In this document: piece after piece, positions 49,700 through 59,172 of the stretch
How positions within the stretch are numbered: the stretch's first letter is position 1
How the letters are laid out: every line of letters starts with the position of its first letter
NCBI GenBank assembly: GCA_002433075.1
Contig: DJHM01000047.1
Location: 16,037-80,036 of the forward strand
Source: Latescibacteria bacterium UBA6620
GTDB taxonomy: Bacteria; Latescibacterota; UBA2968
Direction of reading: 5' to 3'
Length of the DNA stretch: 64,000 nt
The notes under the pieces: generated by a model
The model's input: the letters and a program-made list of their open reading frames with translations, nothing else
Databases searched by the model: none
What the model was told of the DNA's origin: nothing
Position numbers and translations under genes: made by a program

Positions 49700-51244
49700 T
49701 CGGGTATATTTTCGGGACGTCCCGAGTTTGTGAAGATTCTGGAGGCCAGACGAGATTTCTCACCGCACTGGTGGCGGCGACCCTTTTGACGGCGTGTGGG
49801 GATTCGGCCCTTTCTGTGGGACCGCATTCCCCGACGGCGAGCACGAAAACTGCGATAAATGGGCACAAGCAATCCCGGGTATGGGTCGTTCTAAAGGACG
49901 GAGTGGCCCCGCTATCCGGCTGGACGGTCAAAGTCGTCTGATTGATTTCAGGCGTGGTGGAGGACGCGGGATGGGTTTCGGTGACCGACTCTGGAGGGAA
50001 GGCCACCGTGACGATTGAAGCGGGCACGGATCGGTCGTTCCGGCGGGGAGTGTCGGGCTATTATCGAATCCTGGCGATCGACCCGTCGACCGGTCTGAAG
50101 CGAGGTGAATGGGGCAGCGTACCCATCAACGGTCCAACTGAGAGTTTCTTTCTGCCCGTGGCGGGACGCGCGATTGAAGAGGTTCCTATCCTCCTTGCTG
50201 ACGAGGCACTGGTGGACGCAGTTCGGGCACTACTGGTGGATGCACCTGAGGGGATGTTGAGAACGTCGGATGTTGCCCATCTGGCCTAACTCGATCTGGA
50301 AAGGTCGGCGGTCGCCTCGCTCGAGGGCTTGCAGCATCTGATCGGTCTCCATACGCTGATCCTCACACAGAACAGCCTCTCTGACTTATCTCCCGTGAGC
50401 GGGTTGACCGCTCTTTCACATCTGGATGTCGACCACAACCTTGTTGAGGATTTGACGCCTCTGGGACGACTGGGTGGCCTGGCGTTCGTCGATGTGGCGC
50501 ACAATCGAGTGCAAGACGTGGGACCCTTGGCTCGCCTGAGGGCGCTGGAGACCCTGAATGTGGATGGGAATGAGATACAGGATCTGTCCCCCTTGCAGGG
50601 TCTGAGTTTGCGCTCCTTGCGCGCAGTGCAGAGCGAGATCGACGACATCGGGGTCGTCGCGACTCTGGCAAACCTCACGAAACTGGATTTGAGTCGTAAT
50701 CCAATATCGAGATTCACGCCACTTTCGCGACTAACCGGGTTGGAGGAACTGGTTCTCGAAGATTGCGGCCTGACGGATATTACGGTTCTGCGGGATCTGG
50801 TGAATCTGAAGTGGCTCAGCCTGAACGGAAATTCAGTCACAGATCTGAGTCCTCTGTCGGGGCTTTCTTCGCTCGAACATCTGGACCTTCGGCACAACGA
50901 AATCGGAGACCTCTTCGCGCTGACAGGTCTCAGCGAGGTGACGACCCTGGCCCTGATCGGGAATCATCTTGAGGAAATCGATGCACTGGCCTCAATGACG
51001 GCCCTGGAGACCGCCGCCCTCCAGGAAAACGTCATTTCTGATGTCTCTACGTTTGGCGAATCTGCCCCATCTGGAGTGGGTTCTGCTGGCTGAGAACGAG
51101 ATTTCCGACCTGTTGCCCTTGGCGCAGAATGTGGGTCTGGATCAAGGGGATTCCGTCGATTTACGTCAGAATCTGCTCAGCGAGGAGGCCCTGACGACCC
51201 AAATCGGGTCCCTGGAGGCCAGAGGCGTAACGGTCGAGCGGTGA
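49700..51244 (+). pseudogene. Leucine-rich-repeat (internalin-like) lipoprotein gene remnant. One reading frame carries two in-frame stops (TGA 49939-49941, TAA 50287-50289) and a 1-nt frameshift near 51045-51052. No canonical start codon is evident.
   Basis: Lipobox-containing signal-like sequence RFLTALVAATLLTAC. Residues ...DVAHLA*LDLERSAVASLEGLQHLIGLHTLILTQNSLSDLSPVSG... and about 11 LRR units (L..L..L.L..N.I.DLSPL). The final LRR units SRLANLPHLEWVLLAENEISDLLPLAQNVGL continue only in the +1 frame (ORF 51041..51244). Confidence 0.45.
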
Positions 51245-51260
51245 AAGCCACGAAACTCGA

Positions 51261-54200
51261 TTGACTTTCGGGAGCTGTTGCAATACTTTTTGGGTGTCCA
51301 AGAAGGACAATCCGGTGTCCAGGGAGGGCACCTCTATCCATCTGAAAAACAGGTGGATAGAGGTGCCTTTTTATTTTCAGCGAGGAACCGTCGTCGTTTT
51401 GATAAGCCGCGGAACATGGGTGCTTTGCGCCGCTCTTGTGGGGTTCATGACCCGGGTAGGTGACGCCGAGGCGCGATTCTTCACGGACGTCACTGCAACG
51501 CTGGGAATCATCGTGCCCGCCGACGCAGATCGTCTGGCCTGGGTCGACGTGGATGGAGACGGCGACCTGGATCTCTACGTCGGGGTGCGCGGACAACCGG
51601 ATGTGTTGTTCCAGAACAATGGCGCCGCTTTCACCCGAACCACGAGTCTCGGGCCGCTTGCGATCAGCGAGACCGGAGCTGCGTGGGGAGATTTCAACGC
51701 CGATGGACGGCTGGACGTCTTCCTGGCCGATACGACGGCTTCGGGTCTTTATGTCAACCAGGGTGGCGGGATGTTTACGAACACCATCGGCGCAAGCGGG
51801 ATTGCGCCGGGCGGGTGGCAGGGTGACGCGCAGTGGGTCGACTATGACGGAGACCTGGATCTGGATCTGACGCTGGTCGACACAACGGGAACGATTGCTC
51901 TGTATCTGAACGACGGATCGGGAAGCTTTACGGATGTGGGGGTGTCGGTTGGACTCACGGCTTCGGGCAGCTTCGAGGGCGTTACCTGGGCTGACGTAGA
52001 CAATGACGGGGACCCTGATCTGTTCCTTCCGGCGGTTTCAGCGACGGAGGCGAGCCGACTCTACCGGAATGCTGGAGGATTGCTGGCCGACAACGCGGGC
52101 CCCGCGAATCTGACGTTCTCCGATAGTCTGCAGACGGGGTCGAGCTGGGCGGACGTGGAGGGGGACGGTGATCTCGATCTCTTCATCGCTCACCGGGCCC
52201 CCGCCCAGGATCGACTTCTCACGAATAACGGGAACGCTGTCTTTACAGACATCACCACTGCTTCGGGGGTTGGGGCGACAACTTCCAGTGTCGCTCACGG
52301 CTGGGCGGACTATGACAACGACGGGGCGATCGACCTGTTCGTGGCGACGCCGGATGCTCCGCTGTTGTATCGAAATCTCGGGATGGGCGTGTTCGCGCAG
52401 GTAGCCACACTCGAGGGAATTCCGCCCACGGGAGGGGTGACTTCGGCTGCGTGGGGCGACTACGACGCAGATGGGGATCCAGACCTCTTTCTTGCGGCGA
52501 CAGCGCTGGCTTCGAGCGTGCTCTATCGGAACGATTCCGATGTCAGCCAACGGTGGCTGTCGCTCCGATTGACCGGTTCGGGAGGTGAAGCAGGTGGCAT
52601 CGGCTCCCGAGTCACGATCGATGTGGATGGAGTCCGGCAGACGCGGTACGTCGGCCCTCAGGTGGGACGCACTTCGCATCACCAGATCGATGCGGTATTC
52701 GGGCTGGGATCAGCAGTGGTCGTTGACAGTGTCTCACTTCAGTGGCCTTCGGGTGACACGCAGACCTTTTTGCAGGTTTCCTCGAATCAGGTGTTGGCCC
52801 TCTCGCAGAGTGCGATCTCACCGGAGGTCCGGATCGAGATTCCAAACGTGTTCGCGACATCGAGCCTGGTTCAGATTCCGATTGAGATCTCACAGTTCCT
52901 GAGCCCGGATTCAATTCGCTCGGCGGAAATCACCGTCGCCTACGATGGATCCGAGCTCCGATTCGACGAGTTGACGTCAGCACTGACGAAGACCGACGGA
53001 TGGAATGTAGTGACGAACGCAATTGACGGGGTCAACGACGTCGATACGCTCCGGGTCGCGACTTTCACCGACGCATTCGCCGTGACGGGCGACGGAACCC
53101 TCCTGAGGTTGACTTTCGAACTGCTGGAAGGGACGGCCCCGGTGGACCTGGTCAGCGTGCTGTTTAACGACGGGTCCCCGAGCGTGGGGCTCTTGTCGGG
53201 GGGTGTCGTAAGGAGCCGGGGCAGCAACGCCGTGTTGAGTGTCTCTCCGATTCCACTCGGGCCTCGGGAGGAGCTGACGATCACACTCGTTGATGTGGAC
53301 GCGAACTCGAGTGATGCATCGAACGACTCTGCGGTAGTGGTGGTGACGAACCCGGCGCGTGGAGATACGTCGAACGTGACGGTTCGGGAGACGGGCCCGG
53401 CCTCCGGGCGCTTCGTGGCAGTCCTTCCATCCGATCACGGCACGGAGGCCACAGTTGGCGACGGTATCATCACGGGCCTGGCGGGGGATACGCTCGACGT
53501 CGTCTGGGAAGATCAGCTGACAGATACCGGCGTTTCGCAGACGGCGCTTGTTCGTGTCGCTCTGACGGGGGGGACGAACGGTATCATTCTGGCCCAGCCG
53601 GATACCATCAGCCCCACAGACTCGATCCGCGTCATTGTACTGGATCCGGATCGGGACCGGGAAATTACGCAGCACGACAGCCTGTTTGTCCGAGTTTTTG
53701 CAGCGGCGAATTCGGATACGGAATCTGTGTACCTGAGGGAGACCGATCGTTCGAGCGGTGTTTTCACCCAGACCTTTCCGACAGCGTGGGATTCTAACGG
53801 CGTGGCGACGGGAGGGGCAAATGACGATGGGACGTTTACGGTCGCTCTGACCGACAGCATCCAGATGGAGTATCTCGATTCGCTCGCGGAGTCTGGAGAC
53901 ACGACGCGCATCGGCGGTATCGCACACGTGATTCCGTGGCAAGATGCGGATCTGGCGGTGAGCTTTGTGGTCCAGGCGTCCCCTGGAAAATCAGTCAGGG
54001 ACATCGTTCGAATACAGCTGGACGACAGTGACGAAAATGCTCTGCCCGAGCAGATAGAGACCATCACCGCACGGCTGGTAAATCGTGTGAGCGGAGAATT
54101 TGAAACGCTCAACCTCGTCGAAACGGAATCGGGATCGGGGCGCTTTCGGGTAAGTCTGGCCACAGTTCAGGACACGATGGGGACGGATGACGATGGGGTA

Positions 54201-55232
54201 GTGTCGATTTCCGCAAACGACTCGCTCAACGTGGCCTTCTTCGACAGTCTGACGTCGACCGGTGTTCCTGACTCCGTGTTCGCCACGACGTTCGTCGTCG
54301 AACAGTTCGGAGACCTCGATCAGAATGGGTCGATTCAGGCCTTTGACGCTTCCTTGATCCTCGAGTTTTCCGTAGACGAGGCGCTACCGGACGCCCCCGT
54401 CCGGCCTTTCGAAGACTTCCTGATAGGGGACGTTGACGGAAGTAGCACCATCACGGGTTTCGACGCGTCGCTGACGGCACGTTTCGTCGTCGGATTGATC
54501 CAGGAGTTCCCAGTCCAGACGGATCTGGTAATGACTCCCCCGGAGGACACCAAGAATCATCCTTTCCTGAAGCCGGTCTCGGGTCCACGGGCCCGAATCG
54601 GCACCCCTGTCCGGGACGGGGAGACGCTGATTTTTCCTTTGATTCTATCAGAACGGTCTCAAGTGGTGTCGATTGTTGCCGATATCATGACTGAGGGCGG
54701 GAGAATAACAGGGGTGCTCTCAGCAGAACCTTACGTCTCTTTTATGAAGTCCGGTAAGTCCCACGAGGAGGGTTATGCCTTCGCTCTGGCTGGCGCCGAG
54801 GCTCTTGAAGAAGGCGAAGGAGCGGTTGTTCGACTCATCGTGGAACCGGAACTTCCCGAGCGGATGACTGATCTCGTGCTTAGGCATCTTTCATTGAACG
54901 GGCTTGTCGTACCGATTCCTCGCGTCGTCCCAACCGTACTGCAAGACCTCCCTCTGCACTATGCATTCCGTCCCAACTTTCCGAATCCGTTCAACCCTGA
55001 AACGACGGTTGGATTCGACCTGCCAGAATCGAGTCAGGTACGAATCTACGTCTACAACGTTCTGGGACAGCTGATCCGAACGTTGGTCGACCGACACTAT
55101 GAACCTGGAACACACACGATTGTCTGGGACGGACATGACGCGGTTGGAGCTTCGGCCGCTACCGGCGTCTATATCCTCCAGCTCCAAACCGAGGCTTTCT
55201 CGTCCGCTCAGAAGGTCCTTCTCCTGCGCTGA
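51261..55232 (+). CDS. Giant secreted T9SS cargo protein (1323 aa). Contains CRTAC1-like FG-GAP repeats with an ASPIC/UnbV domain, a long Ig/cadherin-like region, dockerin-like repeats and a C-terminal T9SS sorting domain.
   Basis: Repeated DxDGDGDLDL blades, GSRVTIDVDGVRQTRYVGPQVGRTSHHQIDAVFGLG (UnbV/ASPIC), DLDQNGSIQAFDASLILEF and GDVDGSSTITGFDASLTARF (dockerin-like). The C-terminus FPNPFNPETTVGFDLPESSQVRIYVYNVLGQLIRTLVD...GTHTIVWDGHDAVGASAATGVYILQLQTEAF...KVLLLR matches the Por-secretion tail pattern. The true start is probably downstream of 51261, near 51396. Confidence 0.75.
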   Translation: MTFGSCCNTFWVSKKDNPVSREGTSIHLKNRWIEVPFYFQRGTVVVLISRGTWVLCAALVGFMTRVGDAEARFFTDVTATLGIIVPADADRLAWVDVDGDGDLDLYVGVRGQPDVLFQNNGAAFTRTTSLGPLAISETGAAWGDFNADGRLDVFLADTTASGLYVNQGGGMFTNTIGASGIAPGGWQGDAQWVDYDGDLDLDLTLVDTTGTIALYLNDGSGSFTDVGVSVGLTASGSFEGVTWADVDNDGDPDLFLPAVSATEASRLYRNAGGLLADNAGPANLTFSDSLQTGSSWADVEGDGDLDLFIAHRAPAQDRLLTNNGNAVFTDITTASGVGATTSSVAHGWADYDNDGAIDLFVATPDAPLLYRNLGMGVFAQVATLEGIPPTGGVTSAAWGDYDADGDPDLFLAATALASSVLYRNDSDVSQRWLSLRLTGSGGEAGGIGSRVTIDVDGVRQTRYVGPQVGRTSHHQIDAVFGLGSAVVVDSVSLQWPSGDTQTFLQVSSNQVLALSQSAISPEVRIEIPNVFATSSLVQIPIEISQFLSPDSIRSAEITVAYDGSELRFDELTSALTKTDGWNVVTNAIDGVNDVDTLRVATFTDAFAVTGDGTLLRLTFELLEGTAPVDLVSVLFNDGSPSVGLLSGGVVRSRGSNAVLSVSPIPLGPREELTITLVDVDANSSDASNDSAVVVVTNPARGDTSNVTVRETGPASGRFVAVLPSDHGTEATVGDGIITGLAGDTLDVVWEDQLTDTGVSQTALVRVALTGGTNGIILAQPDTISPTDSIRVIVLDPDRDREITQHDSLFVRVFAAANSDTESVYLRETDRSSGVFTQTFPTAWDSNGVATGGANDDGTFTVALTDSIQMEYLDSLAESGDTTRIGGIAHVIPWQDADLAVSFVVQASPGKSVRDIVRIQLDDSDENALPEQIETITARLVNRVSGEFETLNLVETESGSGRFRVSLATVQDTMGTDDDGVVSISANDSLNVAFFDSLTSTGVPDSVFATTFVVEQFGDLDQNGSIQAFDASLILEFSVDEALPDAPVRPFEDFLIGDVDGSSTITGFDASLTARFVVGLIQEFPVQTDLVMTPPEDTKNHPFLKPVSGPRARIGTPVRDGETLIFPLILSERSQVVSIVADIMTEGGRITGVLSAEPYVSFMKSGKSHEEGYAFALAGAEALEEGEGAVVRLIVEPELPERMTDLVLRHLSLNGLVVPIPRVVPTVLQDLPLHYAFRPNFPNPFNPETTVGFDLPESSQVRIYVYNVLGQLIRTLVDRHYEPGTHTIVWDGHDAVGASAATGVYILQLQTEAFSSAQKVLLLR

Positions 55233-55233
55233 C

Positions 55234-55896
55234 GTGTTCTCCGCTTTCCTCCTAGTCTGGCTCGTCACAATCCCCCAATCCATCGTTGCACAAGGGCAGG
55301 TTCCGGTCGAAATTCGCTTGCCCGAAATCACAGCTGAACCGGGTGAGACGATCCTCGTGCCGGTGACCGTCTCCGATCTGACCGGGCTGGGTGTGCTTTC
55401 GAGCAACCTGGTGATTGGTTACGACGCGCGTGTCGTTCAATCTGCCCGTGTCCTGTATCAGGGAACATTGACCGAAGGATGGAGCCACGCCGAACGCACA
55501 CTGACTCCGGCATCTCAGGATTCGGTCGGACTGATGAGTATCGGTGTTTTCACTGTCGAGAGTCCGGCGATTGGCGCGGGCACTTTCGTCTACCTCGAGA
55601 TGACCGTGGACGAGAGCGCGCTCGGTGAGTCCAGCCCGATCGTGTTCGACTCTGCGATTCTGAACGATCGGTCGCCTCAAGCCGTCGCACTGGATGGTCA
55701 CCTTACCATCCGTGCATCGACGCCCGGCGACTTCAACCTCGACGGCAATGTCGATTTCACGGACTTCCTCCAGTTTGCGGAACACTTCGGGGAAGGGGAG
55801 GCCGACGAGGGGTTCGATCCCCGGTTCGACATCGATGGGAACGGACAGGTCGGCTTCGAGGATTTCCTGGTTTTCGCGAGCGGTTTCGGACAGTAG
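55234..55896 (+). CDS. Secreted cohesin-like / dockerin-repeat protein.
   Basis: GTG at 55234 yields the signal peptide MFSAFLLVWLVTIPQSIVAQ. Cohesin-like beta-sandwich ILVPVTVSDLTGLGVLSSNLVIGYDARVV. C-terminal dockerin pair GDFNLDGNVDFTDFLQFAEHFG / FDIDGNGQVGFEDFLVFASGFG. Confidence 0.6.
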   Translation: MFSAFLLVWLVTIPQSIVAQGQVPVEIRLPEITAEPGETILVPVTVSDLTGLGVLSSNLVIGYDARVVQSARVLYQGTLTEGWSHAERTLTPASQDSVGLMSIGVFTVESPAIGAGTFVYLEMTVDESALGESSPIVFDSAILNDRSPQAVALDGHLTIRASTPGDFNLDGNVDFTDFLQFAEHFGEGEADEGFDPRFDIDGNGQVGFEDFLVFASGFGQ

Positions 55897-55914
55897 GAGA
55901 TCCCAACACAAACA

Positions 55915-55960
55915 GAAGGGCGCCCACTCCCCGCAGGGGTGGGCGCCCTTCCTCTTTTTA
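55915..55960 (+). terminator. Intrinsic terminator.
   Basis: GGGCGCCCAC tccccgcagg GTGGGCGCCC followed by TTCCTCTTTTTA. Confidence 0.55.
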
Positions 55961-55967
55961 CGTCTGT

Positions 55968-57209
55968 TCACACTTTCAGGTCGATGCCGACCCGGGCAGG
56001 TTCCTCTTGTTTCGTGGGAACAGAGCGGACAGAGATCTGTCCTACGTTGAGACCGGAGGTCCTCAGACGATCGACAAGCTCGTCGCTGGCCTGGCGAAGC
56101 CACTCGGCCGTATGCGTGTCCGCAGTCGCGACGTGACAGGTGGTGTGGTCGCCGTGACGGGTCAGGGTGACGTGCACTTCTCCCAGCTCACTGAGCGTGA
56201 CGCGCAGCGTCATCGAGTAGTGACGATCGTCGACGGTGGGATCCGCATCGTTTCCCTCCCGCGAAAGATGAAGGTCAATGGTCGTCTGTTCCTTTCCGAA
56301 TACCAATGGGATCTGCAATCGAAGATCTTCACCCTCGCGACCCGGGAGTGCACCCAGGCGCAAGGTGTCCATCATCCGGATGGCGTGCTCGAGAAAGTCC
56401 GCCCCGTCGGTTTCCTCGTGCAGTTGTCCAAGTAGTCCTCGGAGCGCGTTCCCCTCAGGCAGTCGGTCGATCGTTCCGTTTCCAAGGCGATGTTCCAGAT
56501 CGAAGCCGAGTCTGGCGATCCATGCCTTCACGGCTTTGCCGTCGAGGTTGTCGGCATTGGGGACGGCCGATCGGATTCGTTCGAAAGCAAGATGGAGGGC
56601 AGTCTCGTTCCTGATTCTTCGGGCGTGAGCCTTGAGGAGATCGCCGACCTGCTCGATGACTCCACCGAGGGCGGCGGGGGAGACAGAGCCAAAGAATGCG
56701 GCCAACGCGTCGGGTGTGACGGGAACGCCTTTTGACCTCAGAAGGAGAATCCGTTCTATCAGTTCATTGAGATCAAGGCCCAGACTTTCCGTGTCCAACT
56801 GCTGCATGACGGTGACGAGTTCGAGAACGGATTCCCGGTTGATGGGGAGCGCCTCTCGCACGAGCGATGCCAGGATTTCGCGATGAGATTCGTCTACGGG
56901 GAGCCCAAGCCTCTTCAGGGCGTCGCCCACCGCTTCGCTCTCTGAACCGGCCCTGCCAGCGATGGACAGCACGAGCGGGGGCCCGAGTTCCTGTACGCGC
57001 GCCTCGACGATCTGACCCTTGGCGAGATTCAGCCGGCTTTCCGCGACCAGAGTATGTCCCAGAAAACGAAGGGCCCAACGTCCGTCGGAAAGGTCCTCGA
57101 CGACGCGGGCCTGGAGAGTCTGCCCTTCGGTGAGACGTGACAGAAGTACGTCACGTTCACCCTCGCTGATGAAACTAAACCGGAGGGTGGGTGTGATGGA
57201 TGAGAGCAC
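55968..57209 (-). CDS. Flagellar hook-length control protein FliK-like (C-terminal Flg_hook-type domain).
   Basis: The C-terminal LRLQIPLVFGKEQTTIDLHL...VTLSELGEVHVTLTRHG...LRQASDELVDRLRTSGLNVGQISV fits the FliK C-domain pattern. Located in a flagellar gene string. The start is uncertain because it overlaps the upstream lipoprotein gene. Confidence 0.45.
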   Translation of the reverse strand: MLSSITPTLRFSFISEGERDVLLSRLTEGQTLQARVVEDLSDGRWALRFLGHTLVAESRLNLAKGQIVEARVQELGPPLVLSIAGRAGSESEAVGDALKRLGLPVDESHREILASLVREALPINRESVLELVTVMQQLDTESLGLDLNELIERILLLRSKGVPVTPDALAAFFGSVSPAALGGVIEQVGDLLKAHARRIRNETALHLAFERIRSAVPNADNLDGKAVKAWIARLGFDLEHRLGNGTIDRLPEGNALRGLLGQLHEETDGADFLEHAIRMMDTLRLGALPGREGEDLRLQIPLVFGKEQTTIDLHLSREGNDADPTVDDRHYSMTLRVTLSELGEVHVTLTRHGDHTTCHVATADTHTAEWLRQASDELVDRLRTSGLNVGQISVRSVPTKQEEPARVGIDLKV

Positions 57210-57747
57210 GCTGGCTCCGCTGGATACGTTTCAGGACAGGAGACACGGCCCTGGGATCGGGCTGGAGGTCATTTCGTTCACGTCGGGCAAGATTCCACGG
57301 CGTCGACTCCCAGGGGCCCAGCCCCAGTCTCGTCTTTTGGAGAAGAACGGCTGTGGGTGTGGCATTGGACTTGACGGACATTTCGCCCTGGAGGATTGAA
57401 ACGAAAAGGGTATCGGTCACTCCGATATCGGTGTCGATGGGAAAGCTCGACTTGAGGGTCACGACTACTTTACCGTCGACGAATTTCCAGTCACCCTCGA
57501 TTCGTTCGGCCTGATCGACGGGCGCATTGAAGAATACGAGTTGGAAGGTATCGCGCTCGAACGTCCAATCTACGTCGCCGCTGAGCGTGCGCCCCATGAG
57601 ATTGGTGCCGTCGAAGGTGCCACTCCAGGTGCCCTGCATATCCGACGTTCGGATACCGGTCGGGGCCTCGCTGCCGCAGGCGGAAAAGAGGATCAGGAGG
57701 AGATAGCTGAAGCGAGAAAACCAGGGATGGGAAGCGTACATGGCCAT
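57175..57747 (-). CDS. Lipoprotein of unknown function.
   Basis: MAMYASHPWFSRFSYLLLILFSACGSE with lipobox LFSA-C. Confidence 0.55.
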   Translation of the reverse strand: MAMYASHPWFSRFSYLLLILFSACGSEAPTGIRTSDMQGTWSGTFDGTNLMGRTLSGDVDWTFERDTFQLVFFNAPVDQAERIEGDWKFVDGKVVVTLKSSFPIDTDIGVTDTLFVSILQGEMSVKSNATPTAVLLQKTRLGLGPWESTPWNLARRERNDLQPDPRAVSPVLKRIQRSQRALIHHTHPPV

Positions 57748-57771
57748 CGTCCTTTCAGACAATGCGGGGTG

Positions 57772-58275
57772 TCACGTACCAGGGTCGGGAGATTTAAGTG
57801 TCTTCATTCTAGCGATCATGCGGACTTCGGCCACGCCGATGTCGAGTTGATGAGCGATCTCGACGGTCGAGCGACCCGCTTTCAGGAGCGCCTGAACGTT
57901 TTCGTATCGGTCGCCCGTTGAAACGGAATCAGGAGGCGAATCCGTAACTTCCTCTTCGACGGTGTCAGAAGGCTTGGGGGCGCTGGTTTCTTTGGCGTCC
58001 GGTCGCACGCTCTGCAGACGGTGCACTGAATTCCGGAGGTCTTCCAGTTGACGCGTGAGCTGTCCGTCGGCGGTCTGGAGGGAGGCCGTCGTGTGGTCGA
58101 GCATCTCCACGGCATCTCGAAGGCGCTCCGTCTGTGCTCTCAGCACCTGTAGCTGCTTCTCGGATTGTTCGCGAGTTTCTCTTTGCCAGCTTCGGCACCA
58201 CAGCAGGATGGCGAAGAAGATGCCGAGGCCAAAGAAAGCGGCAAGGGTGACGACGAGGACTTCAAGCCCCTCCAA
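57772..58275 (-). CDS. N-terminally membrane-anchored coiled-coil protein with a C-terminal HTH-like motif (DUF2802-like, flagellar-cluster associated).
   Basis: TM segment LVVTLAAFFGLGIFFAILLW, a coiled-coil region, and a C-terminus NVQALLKAGRSTVEIAHQLDIGVAEVRMIARMK. Confidence 0.5.
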   Translation of the reverse strand: MEGLEVLVVTLAAFFGLGIFFAILLWCRSWQRETREQSEKQLQVLRAQTERLRDAVEMLDHTTASLQTADGQLTRQLEDLRNSVHRLQSVRPDAKETSAPKPSDTVEEEVTDSPPDSVSTGDRYENVQALLKAGRSTVEIAHQLDIGVAEVRMIARMKTLKSPDPGT

Positions 58276-59167
58276 CCGATCCTCCTCTCACCGGGTCTTC
58301 CGGCGCGGCTCTGAAGCGCATCGAGAATGTGGTCCCTTTTTCAAGGACGCTGTCGACCTCGATATGCGCCCCGTGCTTTTCGATGATTCCGAATATGATG
58401 GATAGCCCCAGTCCCGTGCCGCCGTGGTCCTCGCGCGTTGTGAAGAAGGGCTCGAAAACCCGGGGCAGATTCTCCTCGGGAATCCCCTCGCCAGAATCTT
58501 CGAAGCGGACACGCACGTACTCTCCGTCGCTCTCGAGCTGGAGGTCGATGGTTCCGCCTTGTGGCATGGCCTGAAGCGCGTTGATGAGCAGATTGAGGAA
58601 GACCTGTTCGATCTCGCCCACATTGCCGAGGATGCGGATGGGGCGCTCGTCGTCGGCGTGGATCCGTGCGACGACACCTCCCTTTTCCAGGAGGTGGTGC
58701 ACGAGGTTGATGTCCTGATTAATCAGATAGACGAGATCGATCTCGCGGGATTCTTCCTCACCGCTGTTGTGGCGCGCAAAGTCCAAAAGGCTCCGGATGA
58801 TTCTGGAGATGCGCTTCACATTCGATTCGACGAGTCGGAGGTCCTTTACGAGCCCGTCCTCTTCTTTGTGACGCATCATCAGGAGCTGGACGCGACTCAG
58901 AATGATCTGGAGGGGATTGTTGACTTCGTGGGCGACGCCCGCGGCCAGCTGCCCGACCGCTGCCATCTTTCCCGACTGTACGAGCTGGTCCTGGGAGGCT
59001 TCGAGCTGCTTTCTCGTTCGATCTCGATCTTCCTTCAGGTCCTCGAGTTCACGGACCAGAACGGGGAAGAGCTCGAGAATGTCCGCTGATGTGGGCGTGC
59101 CATTGGCGTCGATCAGGGCGCGCGCCTCAATCAAGAGATCCGCAATCTGTTTGGTCGATCGTGCCAA
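58262..59167 (-). CDS. Cytoplasmic sensor histidine kinase (HisKA + HATPase_c).
   Basis: H-box AAGVAHEVNNPL, N-box NLLINALQA, G-boxes DSGEGI and GGTGLGLSI. Confidence 0.8.
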   Translation of the reverse strand: MARSTKQIADLLIEARALIDANGTPTSADILELFPVLVRELEDLKEDRDRTRKQLEASQDQLVQSGKMAAVGQLAAGVAHEVNNPLQIILSRVQLLMMRHKEEDGLVKDLRLVESNVKRISRIIRSLLDFARHNSGEEESREIDLVYLINQDINLVHHLLEKGGVVARIHADDERPIRILGNVGEIEQVFLNLLINALQAMPQGGTIDLQLESDGEYVRVRFEDSGEGIPEENLPRVFEPFFTTREDHGGTGLGLSIIFGIIEKHGAHIEVDSVLEKGTTFSMRFRAAPEDPVRGGSVGGA

Positions 59168-59172
59168 GGTGG

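Noticed and set aside
2225-51244. Hypothesis that in-frame TAG codons indicate amber recoding (pyrrolysine or suppressor)
   Set aside because: TAG is the terminal codon of at least six well-supported intact genes here (the GWxTD gene, lipoprotein, lepB, PcfJ-like, creatininase, sulfatase). TAA and TGA also occur in-frame in other broken genes. No Pyl-associated methyltransferase context.
52977-53942. 321-aa minus-strand ORF (also 53513..54163)
   Set aside because: Antisense to the T9SS cargo gene.
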